Notes under the pieces: model-generated
The model's database searches: none
Seen by the model: the letters and a program-made list of their open reading frames with translations, nothing else
Told to the model about the DNA's origin: nothing
Program-made: the position numbers and the translations under genes
Source of the DNA: an uncultured Actinomycetes bacterium
GTDB taxonomy: Bacteria; Actinomycetota; Actinomycetes; Streptosporangiales; Streptosporangiaceae
Assembly (NCBI GenBank): GCA_963723595.1
Contig: CAVRRQ010000012.1
Location: 6,689 to 70,688, forward strand
Length of the DNA stretch: 64,000 bases
Direction of reading: 5' to 3'
In this document: positions 9,009 to 17,703 of the stretch, one piece after another
How the letters are laid out: the number at the start of each line of letters is the position of its first letter
Numbering within the stretch: the first letter of the stretch is position 1

Positions 9009-11444
9009 TCAGGCCGCGCCCTCCCGGGACCCGGTTCGCTCACCAGCCAAGAGTACCCCTGGCTCCCGCCGGGAGAGCGCCACGGCGGGAGGCGCCGGCT
9101 GCGCCAGCGGGGCGGCCGGGCCGCTGGCCAGCGGGTCCGGGCCGGACGGTTCGAGCCGCCAGCCGGGCACCCACTCCAGCCAGCGAGGGAAGTACCAGCT
9201 GCGCTCGCCCAGCAGGGCCAGCGCGGCCGGCACCAGGATGCCCCGCACGATGGTCGCGTCGATCAGCACCGCGGACGCCAGGCCGACACCGATCATCTTC
9301 AGCTCGATGAGGGATAGCGTGGCGAAGATCGAGAAGACCGCAACCATGATGACCGCGGCGCTGGTCACCACGCCGGAACAGGCGGACACCCCGCCGACCA
9401 CGGCCTCCTCGTTGGTTCGGCCCCGGGAGCGCAGCTCGCGGATCCGGCTCAGGATGAACACGTGGTAGTCCATGCTCAGCCCGAACAGGAACACGAACAT
9501 GAATAGCGGTACCCACGGGATGATGCCGCCGAACGAGGTGAAGCCGAGCGGCCCCTGCAGATGCCCGTCCTGGAAGATCAGCGTGATCAGGCCGTACGCC
9601 GCGCCGACTGAGAGCAGGTTCAGCCCGATCGAGATCAGCGGGATGGCCAGCGAGCGGAACGCCACCATCAGCAGGAGCAGCGCCAGTCCCGCCACCACGG
9701 CGAACACGATCGGCGTGCGGGAGCGCAGCGCGGCGTCGAAGTCGTAGCCGCTGGCCGTGTTCCCGGTAACGGCGTAGCTGGCTCCGTGCACGGTCCCGAC
9801 CGTGGCGGGCAGGATCTGATCACGCAGGTCGAGCAGGGCGTGGCGGGACACCGAGTCGGTGCCGTCGCCGGCCAGCGGGACGGAGATCACCAGCCCGCGC
9901 CCGCCCCCGACCACCTGGGCCGTGACCGGCCGGTGGATCACCCCGTGGGCGGACGCCCTGGCCTGGAGCGACGCCACCGCGGCCCGCATGCGCGGCCCCG
10001 ACACGTCCCAGCCCGTCACCACCACCTGGGCCGGGCTCGGCCGGCCGGGGAATGCGCGCTGGATCTGGTCGAGGGTCTGCACCACGGGAAGCCTGGCGGG
10101 CAGGTCGATGGCCGGGGTGCCGGTGCGCATGCCGAGCGCAGGCGCGGCCAGCGCGAGCAGGCCCAGCGCGGCAGCCCCGCCCCACAGCAGCGGCCGGCGT
10201 ACCACGCGGCGCACCAGCGCGGCCCACAGCCGGGACGGGCGGGCCTGGGTCCGGTGCCGGCCCAGGAACGGGATCCGGCCCCGGTCGGCCCACGGCCCGA
10301 GCAGTGACAGCACGGCCGGCAGGAACGTGAGCGAGCCGATGACCGCCACGCCGACGACCATGATGGTGCCGACCGCGATGCCGGTGAACAGGTCGATCCC
10401 GGTCAGCAGCAGCCCGGCCAGCGACACCATCACGGTCAGCCCGGAGACCACGATGGCCCGTCCGGAGGTGTGCGCCGCCGTGGCCAGGGCGTCGGCGAAG
10501 GATGCGCCCGCGGCCCGTTCCTCCCGTTCCCGGCGCAGGTAGAAGAGGGAGTAGTCGACGCCGACCGCCATCCCGATGATCAGCACCACCTCGGAGGTGC
10601 TCGACCCGATGGGGAGCCACCGGCTGGGTACCGCGAGCAGGGAGACCGCGACCACGACGGCACTCCCGGCCAGGAGCACCGGGATACCCGCCGCGATCAG
10701 CGCGCCGAACACCGCCAGCAGCAGGATCAGCGTGATCGGCACCGAGGTGAGCTCGGCCTTGTGGAAGTCCTTGCCCATCATCGTGTTGGCGGCCTGGTCG
10801 GTGCTCGCGTCCCCCGCCTCGGACACGGTCAGGCCGGGATGGGCGGCCTGGACCCGGGCTACCGCCGCCTGGTCGGCGCTGACGGTCGCGTCCGCGCTGG
10901 CATGCGGGCCGGCCACGTCAAACGTCACCAGCGCGCTGCGGCCGTCGGCCGAGACGAGGGCCTGCCCCCCCGGACTCAGCGGCGACCGGATGTCCCGGGC
11001 CGCACCGGGCAGCCCCTCGAGCGCCCTGACCACGCCGGCGACCGCGCCGCGCAGCTGCGGGCTGTGCGCGTAGGTGCCGCCCGCTGCGGTGCCCTGGGCC
11101 TGGACAAGGACGGACTCCTGGGGCGGGCTGACCACGTTCAGCTGGTGGAGCATCTGCTCGGCCTGGCCGGCCTGCCCCGGGTCGTACTGCTGCTGGCTCT
11201 GCGTGCCCAGCAGCTGCCCGGCGAGCAGGGCCGTCCCGGCCAGCACCAGCCAGCCCACGACCACCGCGATCCGGTGCCGCGCGCTCCAGCAGGCGATCCG
11301 CTCGACCATCGGGGCCCGGTGGCGCCGCGGCGCCGGGACCGGCGGCGGGAGTGGGGACGCCTCGGGGGCGTCCTGCACCGGACGGTGCAGCTCCGGCAGC
11401 GGCGTTCGCACAGCGGGCAGGGCTGGGTTGAGCGTGTCGCGCAT
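9009..11444 (-). CDS. MMPL family (RND superfamily) transporter
   Basis: 811-aa ORF with two blocks of TM helices separated by soluble loops. Typical MMPL segments: GVDYSLFYLRREREER and LSMDYHVFILSRIRE. It is a paralogue of 12290-14584. An alternative start is the M of MVERIACWSARHR. Confidence 0.9.
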   Translation of the reverse strand: MRDTLNPALPAVRTPLPELHRPVQDAPEASPLPPPVPAPRRHRAPMVERIACWSARHRIAVVVGWLVLAGTALLAGQLLGTQSQQQYDPGQAGQAEQMLHQLNVVSPPQESVLVQAQGTAAGGTYAHSPQLRGAVAGVVRALEGLPGAARDIRSPLSPGGQALVSADGRSALVTFDVAGPHASADATVSADQAAVARVQAAHPGLTVSEAGDASTDQAANTMMGKDFHKAELTSVPITLILLLAVFGALIAAGIPVLLAGSAVVVAVSLLAVPSRWLPIGSSTSEVVLIIGMAVGVDYSLFYLRREREERAAGASFADALATAAHTSGRAIVVSGLTVMVSLAGLLLTGIDLFTGIAVGTIMVVGVAVIGSLTFLPAVLSLLGPWADRGRIPFLGRHRTQARPSRLWAALVRRVVRRPLLWGGAAALGLLALAAPALGMRTGTPAIDLPARLPVVQTLDQIQRAFPGRPSPAQVVVTGWDVSGPRMRAAVASLQARASAHGVIHRPVTAQVVGGGRGLVISVPLAGDGTDSVSRHALLDLRDQILPATVGTVHGASYAVTGNTASGYDFDAALRSRTPIVFAVVAGLALLLLMVAFRSLAIPLISIGLNLLSVGAAYGLITLIFQDGHLQGPLGFTSFGGIIPWVPLFMFVFLFGLSMDYHVFILSRIRELRSRGRTNEEAVVGGVSACSGVVTSAAVIMVAVFSIFATLSLIELKMIGVGLASAVLIDATIVRGILVPAALALLGERSWYFPRWLEWVPGWRLEPSGPDPLASGPAAPLAQPAPPAVALSRREPGVLLAGERTGSREGAA

Positions 11445-11489
11445 CGGGCCTCAGGGGATCGGGGTCGGCTGGCGCGCGGCAGGCTTAAC

Positions 11490-11552
11490 TGACACGCGTG
11501 TCATGGATCCCCTTCAGCATGCCAGAAGTTTGGTGACACTGACGTCAGTGTC
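11490..11552. promoter_or_regulatory. two perfect palindromes sharing the half-site TGACAC, upstream of the MMPL gene
   Basis: TGACACGCGTGTCA (11490-11503) and GACACTGACGTCAGTGTC (11535-11552) lie 46-108 bp upstream of the MMPL start codon at 11444. The geometry resembles TetR/MarR-type operators. Confidence 0.45.
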
Positions 11553-11592
11553 CAGGGAATTATGCGGAACGTCACAGTAAAAGCTCAGGGAG

Positions 11593-11659
11593 CCACCGGG
11601 CCGGGCCGGCGAGGGCGGGCCCCGCCCACCGGGCCGGGCGGCGAGGGCGGGCCCCCGCC
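11593..11659. repeat. 33-bp tandem duplication (x2)
   Basis: CCACCGGGCCGGGCCGGCGAGGGCGGGCCCCGC is followed by CCACCGGGCCGGGCGGCGAGGGCGGGCCCCCGC. Confidence 0.85.
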
Positions 11660-11662
11660 GAC

Positions 11663-11728
11663 ATATCACGGATCTGGTGCGCCGAACCGGACAAAACACC
11701 CCGCAAAAGTGCACCACATACGTGAAAT
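11663..11728. repeat. palindromic intergenic element, copy C (diverged); possible terminator of the MMPL operon
   Basis: Arms TATCACGGATCTGGTGCGCC and GTGCACCACATACGTGAAAT. The spacer GAACCGGACAAAACACCCCGCAAAA is homologous to the spacer of copy A. The element starts 2 nt after the stop codon at 11730-11732 of the minus-strand gene. Confidence 0.6.
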
Positions 11729-11729
11729 G

Positions 11730-12293
11730 TCACTCGTGACCTACGCGCAACGTGACTGGTGGTCCTGGTGCTGCGCCAGGGGCTGCGCCTGGGTCGCGCA
11801 GCGCGGCCGCCGTGGTGAGCACGCTGCCCAGCACCGCACCCGCCAGGCAGACCAGGCCGATGGCGGCCAGCGGCGTCCACGGCACCGTCACCCCCGCCGC
11901 CGGGGCCACGCCGGCCGGTCCGCGGCGGACCACCGCGACCGTGACCGCGGTGACCACCGCGGCGAGGCCGGTCCCCAGCGCCGCGACCATCGCCGCCTCG
12001 GTGCCGGCCAGCCGCAGCACCCGTTCCCGCGCCGCGCCGGCCAGCCGCAGCGCGGCCAGACGCAGCCCGGCCAGCTCAGCGAGGCGGCTCGCGGTGGCGA
12101 CGACCAGGGTGCTGGCGATGGCGATGACCGTGCAGGCCAGGGCCAGGCCGAGCACCGCAGCAGCCGGGGCGGGGGCGGGGTCCCGCCCCCGCCGGGTGGC
12201 CGGAGCGGGACGCGCCACGGGAGCCGCATGGGCATCCGGAACGCCAGGGACATAGTCAGCGGCCCGGGCCGGGTTCAGCGCCCGGGACATCAT
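11730..12293 (-). CDS. small polytopic membrane protein, translationally coupled to the MMPL gene
   Basis: ATGATG at 12293 overlaps the TGA of the MMPL gene (ATGA). The 187-aa product has hydrophobic helices (AAVLGLALACTVIAIASTLVVA, MVAALGTGLAAVVTAVTVAVV, LAAIGLVCLAGAVLGSVL), loosely like a FtsX-type C-terminal domain. Confidence 0.5.
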   Translation of the reverse strand: MMSRALNPARAADYVPGVPDAHAAPVARPAPATRRGRDPAPAPAAAVLGLALACTVIAIASTLVVATASRLAELAGLRLAALRLAGAARERVLRLAGTEAAMVAALGTGLAAVVTAVTVAVVRRGPAGVAPAAGVTVPWTPLAAIGLVCLAGAVLGSVLTTAAALRDPGAAPGAAPGPPVTLRVGHE

Positions 12294-14584
12294 GATCCGT
12301 CCCTCGTGGCCGCCACCGGGATGGGGGCGGGACCTGCGGGGACCATGACGCCGTCCCGCGCTCCGCCGCCCGGCAGCCAGCCCAGCCACCGCGGCAGGGA
12401 CCAGCTGCGCTCACCGAGCAGGGCCAGGCAGGCGGGCAGCAGGATGCCGCGCACCACGGTGGCATCGATCAGGACCGCGACCGCCAGGCCCAGGCCGAGC
12501 ATCTTCAGCTGGATCAGGGACAGCGTCGCGAAGATCGAGAACACCGCGACCATGATCACCGCCGCGCTGGTCACTACGCCGGCGCTGCTGGCGACGCCGC
12601 CGACGACCGCGTCGGACGCGCTGGCACCACCCTCGCGCAGCTCCCGGATCCGGCTCAGGATGAACACGTGGTAGTCCATGCTCAGCCCGAACAGGAAGAC
12701 GAAGATGAACAGCGGGATCCAGGGAACGATCGCGCCGTACGCGGTGAAGCCGAGCGGCCCCTGCAGGTGCCCGTCCTGGAAGATCAGCGTGATCACGCCG
12801 TAGGCCGCGCCGACTGACAGCAGGTTCAGCGAGATCGAGACCAGCGGGATCGCCACCGACCGGAACGCCACCAGCAGCAGGACGAAGGCCAGCACGGCCA
12901 CGACCGCCAGCACCAGCGGCGTCCGGCTGCGCAGCGCCGCGACGTCGTCGTAGTTGCCGGCCGTGTTCCCCGTCACCGCGTAGCTGACCCCCGGCACCTG
13001 GCCGAGCGTCCGCGGCAGCACCCGCCCGCGCAGGGCAAGCAGGGCATGATCCGAAACGGGACCGTTCCCGGTGCCCGCCAGCGGGACGCTGACGAGCAGT
13101 GCGCGGCCATGAGCCACCGGGGCGGCGGTGACCGGCCCGCGGATCGGGCCTCCGGCCGAGGCCCGGGCCCGCAGCGCGGCCAGCGCGGCGGCCATCTGGT
13201 GGCCGCCCAGGTCGTGGCCGGTCACCACGACCTCGGCGGGCGCGGGACGCCCGGGGAAGGCCTGGTCGATCCGGTTCATGGCCGCCACCACCGGCACGTG
13301 GCCGGAGAACCCGCCATCGGGCGGGTTGCCCAGCCGCAGGCCCAGGCCGGGAGCGGCGAGCGCGATCATGGCCAGCGCCGCCACCGAACCCCACGCCGCG
13401 GGGTGGGCCACCACCCGGCGGACCAGCGCGGCCCACAGCCTCGACGGGCGGGCCGCGGTCCGCCGGCGGCCCAGGAACGGGATCCGGCCCCGGTCCGCCC
13501 ACGGGCCCAGCCAGGACAGCAGCGCGGGCAGGACGGTCAGCGAGCCGGCCACGGCCACGCCGACCACGGCGATGGTACCGATCGCGACCCCGGTGAAGAC
13601 CGAGAGCCCGGCCAGGAACAACCCGGCCAGCGCGATCATCACGGTGAGCCCGGAGACCACGATGGCCCGCCCCGAGGTGGCCGCGGCCCGGCGCAGCGCT
13701 TCCGCGGTGCTCGCTCCCCGGGCCCGTTCCTCACGCTCCCGGCGCAGGTAGAACAGGGAGTAGTCGATGCCGACCGCCATCCCGATGAGCAGCACCACCT
13801 CCGACGTGCTGGAGCCGACCGGCAGCCACTGGCCCGGTATGGCCAGCAGCGATATCGCGGCGGTCACCGCGGTGGCGGCGAGCAGCAGCGGGATGCCCGC
13901 TGCGATCAGCGCCCCGAACACCGCGATCAGCAGGATCAGCGTGATGGGGACCGAGGTCACCTCGGCCTTGCGGAAGTCCCGGCTGATCAGGGCGTTCGCG
14001 GCCCGGTCGGTGCTCGCGTCCCCGGCCTCCTGGATCCGCAGGCCCGGATGAGCCGCCTGGATCCTGGTCACCGCGCGGAGCGCAGGAGCCACCGCCTGGT
14101 CCTCGTTAGCTGCCTTTCCGGGGACGTGGAAGGTCACCAGGGCGCTCTGGCCATCCCCGGCCACCAGCCCAGTGTGGCCGGGACTGAGGGGGGAGACGAT
14201 ATCCCGCGCGGAGTGCGGGAGGGCGGACAGCGCGGTCACGACCTGCCGGACGGCCTGGCGCATCTGCGGGTCCGAGCCGAGCCGGCCGGTCCCCCGCGAC
14301 TGGATCAGCACGTTCTCCTGCGGCGGGGCGGCCACCCCGAGCCGCTGCAGGGTCTGCTCGGCCTGGCCGGACTGGCCGGCGTCGTTGGAGGGCAGGTTCT
14401 TCGCGGGCACCAGGTGCCCGAGCACGACCACCGCGGCGACCAGGACGAGCCAGCCGAGTACGGCGGTCTTGCGGTGCCGGGTGCTCCAGCCCGCCACGCG
14501 CTCGACGACCGGGGCGCGGGATCGGCGGGGCTGTTCGCGGTGCGGTTCGGTTTCTGGCCATACTGAACTGGACAGCTGGCGCAT
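12290..14584 (-). CDS. MMPL family (RND superfamily) transporter
   Basis: ATG 14584 (MRQLSSSVWPETEPH...) lies within the 959-aa ORF; the upstream 195 codons are R/P-rich shadow. Same motifs as the paralogue: GIDYSLFYLRREREER and LSMDYHVFILSRIRE. Confidence 0.9.
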   Translation of the reverse strand: MRQLSSSVWPETEPHREQPRRSRAPVVERVAGWSTRHRKTAVLGWLVLVAAVVVLGHLVPAKNLPSNDAGQSGQAEQTLQRLGVAAPPQENVLIQSRGTGRLGSDPQMRQAVRQVVTALSALPHSARDIVSPLSPGHTGLVAGDGQSALVTFHVPGKAANEDQAVAPALRAVTRIQAAHPGLRIQEAGDASTDRAANALISRDFRKAEVTSVPITLILLIAVFGALIAAGIPLLLAATAVTAAISLLAIPGQWLPVGSSTSEVVLLIGMAVGIDYSLFYLRREREERARGASTAEALRRAAATSGRAIVVSGLTVMIALAGLFLAGLSVFTGVAIGTIAVVGVAVAGSLTVLPALLSWLGPWADRGRIPFLGRRRTAARPSRLWAALVRRVVAHPAAWGSVAALAMIALAAPGLGLRLGNPPDGGFSGHVPVVAAMNRIDQAFPGRPAPAEVVVTGHDLGGHQMAAALAALRARASAGGPIRGPVTAAPVAHGRALLVSVPLAGTGNGPVSDHALLALRGRVLPRTLGQVPGVSYAVTGNTAGNYDDVAALRSRTPLVLAVVAVLAFVLLLVAFRSVAIPLVSISLNLLSVGAAYGVITLIFQDGHLQGPLGFTAYGAIVPWIPLFIFVFLFGLSMDYHVFILSRIRELREGGASASDAVVGGVASSAGVVTSAAVIMVAVFSIFATLSLIQLKMLGLGLAVAVLIDATVVRGILLPACLALLGERSWSLPRWLGWLPGGGARDGVMVPAGPAPIPVAATRDGS

Positions 14585-14718
14585 TAGAGCCTTCTCTCGA
14601 GGACGGTGCGTGAGTCTGTGAGCCCTCGCCCGTGAGCTGATCCCTCGCGGGCGGGGGCGCGGCCTGGCCTGGCCGCCTGACCTGGCTCGTCTTACCGAGC
14701 GGTCGTACCGGGCCGGTC

Positions 14719-15510
14719 TTACCGGGCTGCGTGCAGCGGGCCCAGCGGGCCCGGTCGCGTGAGCACCTCCTTCGCTGGCGCGAGCGGGTCGGCGGGCGCG
14801 CGCAGCAGGGCGCTCGCGATGCGGGCATGAGCGCGGGCCGTGAGCACGAGTACGTAGTTGAACAGCAGGAACGCGACCAGGAAGCAGGCCGCGGCGAGGA
14901 GGGCCCGGGGCAGGGTGTCCACGTAGAGACCCCACGAGCCTGGCCCGTCCGGGCCGTGCGGGAAGTAGCCCAGCGTCACGCCGTGCACCGGCGTGCCGGC
15001 GGCGTAGCCCAGGCCGACGTTGCCCCGGGGCGCCCAGTACCACGCGGGCAGGGTCACCCCGGCGAGAAGGGTGAGCCAGACGGTCAGCACGAGGGTGTCC
15101 AGGCCGAACAGCAGCGGCCACAGCCCGATCATGTAGGCGGCCTCCCGCCAGGTGGCCGGGTCCCGCCACCGGGTCCTGACCTGCGCCATGATGCCCGGCC
15201 GGGTGGCCTGGCGGTAGCCACCGTGGACTGGCCCGGCCAGCACCGGCCGCAGCCGGGCACGCTCGGCGCTCGCGCAGCCGTGCAGCACCCCGGACGCTGC
15301 GACCAGCAGCGGGATCCCGGCCAGCGTGATCAGGAAGACGGCGGCGGTCACCGTTGCGGTGAAGGCGACGGCGAACAGCAGCCAGCCCGCGACGAAGATG
15401 TAGCCGGCCAGGAAGGCGGCGGCACGCCAGGTGCTGCCCGACACGACCTGGTGCAGCGGGTTCCAGTAGAGCCTCAGCCGGGCCGGCGGCCCGCCATCGC
15501 CGGTGCTCAT
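14719..15510 (-). CDS. stand-alone putative sensor-domain membrane protein (the type normally fused to histidine kinases)
   Basis: 263 aa and polytopic (AAFLAGYIFVAGWLLFAVAFTATVTAAVFLITLAGIPLLVAA...). It resembles the N-terminal putative-sensor module of actinobacterial HisKA_3 kinases, but no kinase domain is present. The start overlaps the upstream stop (ATGA at 15507-15510). Confidence 0.65.
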   Translation of the reverse strand: MSTGDGGPPARLRLYWNPLHQVVSGSTWRAAAFLAGYIFVAGWLLFAVAFTATVTAAVFLITLAGIPLLVAASGVLHGCASAERARLRPVLAGPVHGGYRQATRPGIMAQVRTRWRDPATWREAAYMIGLWPLLFGLDTLVLTVWLTLLAGVTLPAWYWAPRGNVGLGYAAGTPVHGVTLGYFPHGPDGPGSWGLYVDTLPRALLAAACFLVAFLLFNYVLVLTARAHARIASALLRAPADPLAPAKEVLTRPGPLGPLHAAR

Positions 15511-15794
15511 CCCACGTCCCGCATCAGCTGCTCGACCGCCTGGACGTGCTCGGTCAGCTTGGCCAGTTCGGTCCGCAGCTCCTGCTGGTTGGCCACGGCT
15601 TCCTCGGCGAGCTTGCGGTACTCGGCCATCGCCACCGCGTCGGCGCGGTGACTCTGCAGCCGGAAGTAGGCCCAGACGATGATGGCGGCCGCCGCGCAGA
15701 TGCAGAACGGGATGCCCAGGCCGATAAGGATGCCTGCTTCCGCGCTGCTGGTCAGTGCGGCCACGTGCGCCGCGGCCACGTGCGTCGCGGTCAT
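15507..15794 (-). CDS. small single-pass membrane protein with C-terminal coiled-coil-like tail
   Basis: 95 aa. TM helix GILIGLGIPFCICAAAAIIVWAYF followed by AEYRKLAEEAVANQQELRTELAKLTEHVQAVEQL. ATGA overlaps at both ends (15791-15794 and 15507-15510). Confidence 0.6.
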   Translation of the reverse strand: MTATHVAAAHVAALTSSAEAGILIGLGIPFCICAAAAIIVWAYFRLQSHRADAVAMAEYRKLAEEAVANQQELRTELAKLTEHVQAVEQLMRDVG

Positions 15795-16168
15795 CGGACG
15801 TGTCCTTCCGGGCTGGTCTCTTGGGTGTCCACGTCGTCCCCTTCCGCGCCGCTGCCGTTACGCAGGGCCGAGATGATCGTTTCGGCGTTGAGGTGCAGGT
15901 CGAACGGGGCCAGCTCGAAGTACTTCATGGCCTTGCCGTCCTCCGACAACTCCAGCTGGCCGGCCACCAGGCCCGCCTTCTCCAGCTTGTCCAGGTGCAT
16001 GTACAGCAGCGGCCGGGACATGCCGAGCCGCCGGGCCAGCTCGCTGACGTGCACCCGGCCGTCCCGCAGCTCGGCGACGATCCGCATCCGGTGCGGGTTC
16101 GCCACCGCCGTGAGCACGGTAAGCAGCTCGTCACTGGTAAGCGTCACTCCTGGCCCTTCTTCTTTCAC
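15791..16168 (-). CDS. ArsR-family winged-helix transcriptional regulator
   Basis: LTVLTAVANPHRMRIVAELRDGRVHVSELARRLGMSRPLLYMHLDKLEKAGLV is a classic ArsR/SmtB HTH. Start is GTG 16168 or GTG 16147. Confidence 0.8.
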   Translation of the reverse strand: MKEEGPGVTLTSDELLTVLTAVANPHRMRIVAELRDGRVHVSELARRLGMSRPLLYMHLDKLEKAGLVAGQLELSEDGKAMKYFELAPFDLHLNAETIISALRNGSGAEGDDVDTQETSPEGHVR

Positions 16169-16194
16169 CTGTCAGAAAAAACTTACACGTGGAA
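16163..16194. promoter_or_regulatory. imperfect inverted repeat at the ArsR gene 5' end (candidate autoregulatory operator)
   Basis: TTTCACCTGTCAG-AAAAAA-CTTACACGTGGAA. About 10 of 13 arm positions are complementary. It is an unusually A-rich spacer for this genome. Confidence 0.35.
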
Positions 16195-16277
16195 GGGAGA
16201 CGAGTCAACTGGTTGCGGCCGTGGCCCGATCAGGCGGCGGATACCCGGCGCGCCGCCGGGTCAGCGAAGATGTCCCT

Positions 16278-16889
16278 ATGGGAGAACTGATCCTGCTCCG
16301 GCACGGCCAGACGGAGTGGAGCAAGGCCGGGCGGCACACCGGGCGGACGGACATCCCGCTCACGACCGACGGCGAGGCGGCCGCCAAGTCGCTGGCCCCG
16401 GCGCTGGCCGGGCGGCAGATCCGGGCCGTGTTCAGCAGCCCGGCCCAGCGGGCGATGCGGACCGCGGAACTGGCCGGGCTGGCCCCTGTGCCCGACCCCG
16501 ATCTGCTGGAGTGGGACTACGGCGGCTACGAGGGCATGACCACGCCCCAGATCAGGGAGCAGCGCCCCGGCTGGTACCTGTGGCGGGACGGGGTGATCCC
16601 CGGCGACGCCGATCACCCGGGCGAAACCGTCGAGCAGGTCGGGGCGCGCGCGGACGCGGCACTGGCCCGGGTGCGGCCGCTGCTGGCCGGGGGGGACGTG
16701 GTGCTGGTGGCCCACGCTCACTTCCTGAGGATCCTGACCGCCCGCTGGCTGGGCCTGGAGCCGGCCGGGGGCCGCCTGTTCCGCCTGGACACGGGGACCC
16801 TGTCCAGCCTGGGCACGGAGCACGGCCAGCCGGTCATGCTGACGTGGAACACCCCGCCGGGCCCGGGCCCTGAGCTGGCCGGGCCCTGA
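16278..16889 (+). CDS. histidine phosphatase family protein (phosphoglycerate-mutase-like)
   Basis: ATG 16278. MGELILLRHGQTEWSKAGRHTGRTDIPLT carries the RHG catalytic motif. 203 aa. Confidence 0.85.
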   Translation: MGELILLRHGQTEWSKAGRHTGRTDIPLTTDGEAAAKSLAPALAGRQIRAVFSSPAQRAMRTAELAGLAPVPDPDLLEWDYGGYEGMTTPQIREQRPGWYLWRDGVIPGDADHPGETVEQVGARADAALARVRPLLAGGDVVLVAHAHFLRILTARWLGLEPAGGRLFRLDTGTLSSLGTEHGQPVMLTWNTPPGPGPELAGP

Positions 16890-16901
16890 GCTGGCCGGGC
16901 C

Positions 16902-17687
16902 TTAAGCAGCGGGCCTGAGCAAGGCCCCGGGCAGCCGGGTCATCCCCTCGTGGAAGGCGCGCAGCGCCGCCGTGGCGGCCAGGTCCGTCACCACGACGCC
17001 CGGTGTCCCGTACATCCGGCGCGCCCAGCGCGGCAGGGACGCGAAGGCCAGGGCGCCGACCGAGGGCATGGCCAGCTTGACCGGCAGCTGGGCGGCGGGC
17101 ACGCGCAGGTTGACCGAGCGCACCATGGCCTGCCTGGCCTCCGGCGTGACGCGCAGGCCCGGGCGGGCCGCGGTGATGTACGCCTCCAGGTCCGCGGCGG
17201 AGCCGGGCACCTGGGCCGGGTCCAGGCCGACCACCGCGGCCGCGCGCCGCTGCTCGGCCACGAAGGCGTCGGCGTCCGCCCCGGACAGCGGCGTGCCGCT
17301 GCGCCGGGCCACGTCCAGATAGGACGAGACCTCGCCGCAGTGCACCCACAGGAGCAGCTCGGGGTCGTCCAGGCGGAACCGGGTGCCGTCCGCGTCCACC
17401 CCGGTCAGCGTGGCGTGGATCTTCCGGATCCGTCGCCCGGCCCGCTCGACCTCGGCCCGGCTGCCGTAAGTCCGGATCCGGACGAACTCGGCCGTGCGCA
17501 GGAACCGGCCCCACGCCTCGTGCCGGTCGGCGAACGCCGTGTTCTGCCAGGTGCCGCGCATCACCCGGGGGTGCAGGGCCTGCAGGTACGCGGCCCGGAA
17601 GCCGCCCACCCAGACCTCCGGCCGTTCCATGATCCGCCAGGTCACCGAGCCGGGACCGAAGAGCCCGTCCTCGCCAGGAGTGCGCAC
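16902..17687 (-). CDS. oxygenase MpaB family / DUF2236 protein
   Basis: 261 aa. FGPGSVTWRIMERPEVWVGGFRAAYLQALHPRVMRG is the typical DUF2236 N-terminal signature. Confidence 0.8.
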   Translation of the reverse strand: MRTPGEDGLFGPGSVTWRIMERPEVWVGGFRAAYLQALHPRVMRGTWQNTAFADRHEAWGRFLRTAEFVRIRTYGSRAEVERAGRRIRKIHATLTGVDADGTRFRLDDPELLLWVHCGEVSSYLDVARRSGTPLSGADADAFVAEQRRAAAVVGLDPAQVPGSAADLEAYITAARPGLRVTPEARQAMVRSVNLRVPAAQLPVKLAMPSVGALAFASLPRWARRMYGTPGVVVTDLAATAALRAFHEGMTRLPGALLRPAA

Positions 17688-17703
17688 GGCAGTCCTTCCA
17701 CGG

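Noticed and set aside
6761-9043. A 760-aa ORF that could be read as a giant S8 protease with a 340-aa N-terminal extension.
   Set aside because: Residues 120-340 are R/G/P-rich shadow of the real gene in another frame (8008-8676). The protease has its own signal peptide after GTG 8020, which overlaps that gene's stop. The ORF is a composite of three different things.
12290-15169. A 959-aa version of the second MMPL protein.
   Set aside because: The first 195 codons are Arg/Pro-rich and overlap the 3' end of the sensor-domain gene. ATG 14584 gives an N-terminus parallel to that of the paralogous MMPL.
16869-16900. A 16-bp tandem duplication (CCTGAGCTGGCCGGGC x2) spanning the stop of the histidine phosphatase gene, considered as a regulatory or recoding signal.
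   Set aside because: The first TGA is out of frame and the second is the real stop. The duplication lies in a 12-bp convergent gap and looks like simple slippage without functional implication.
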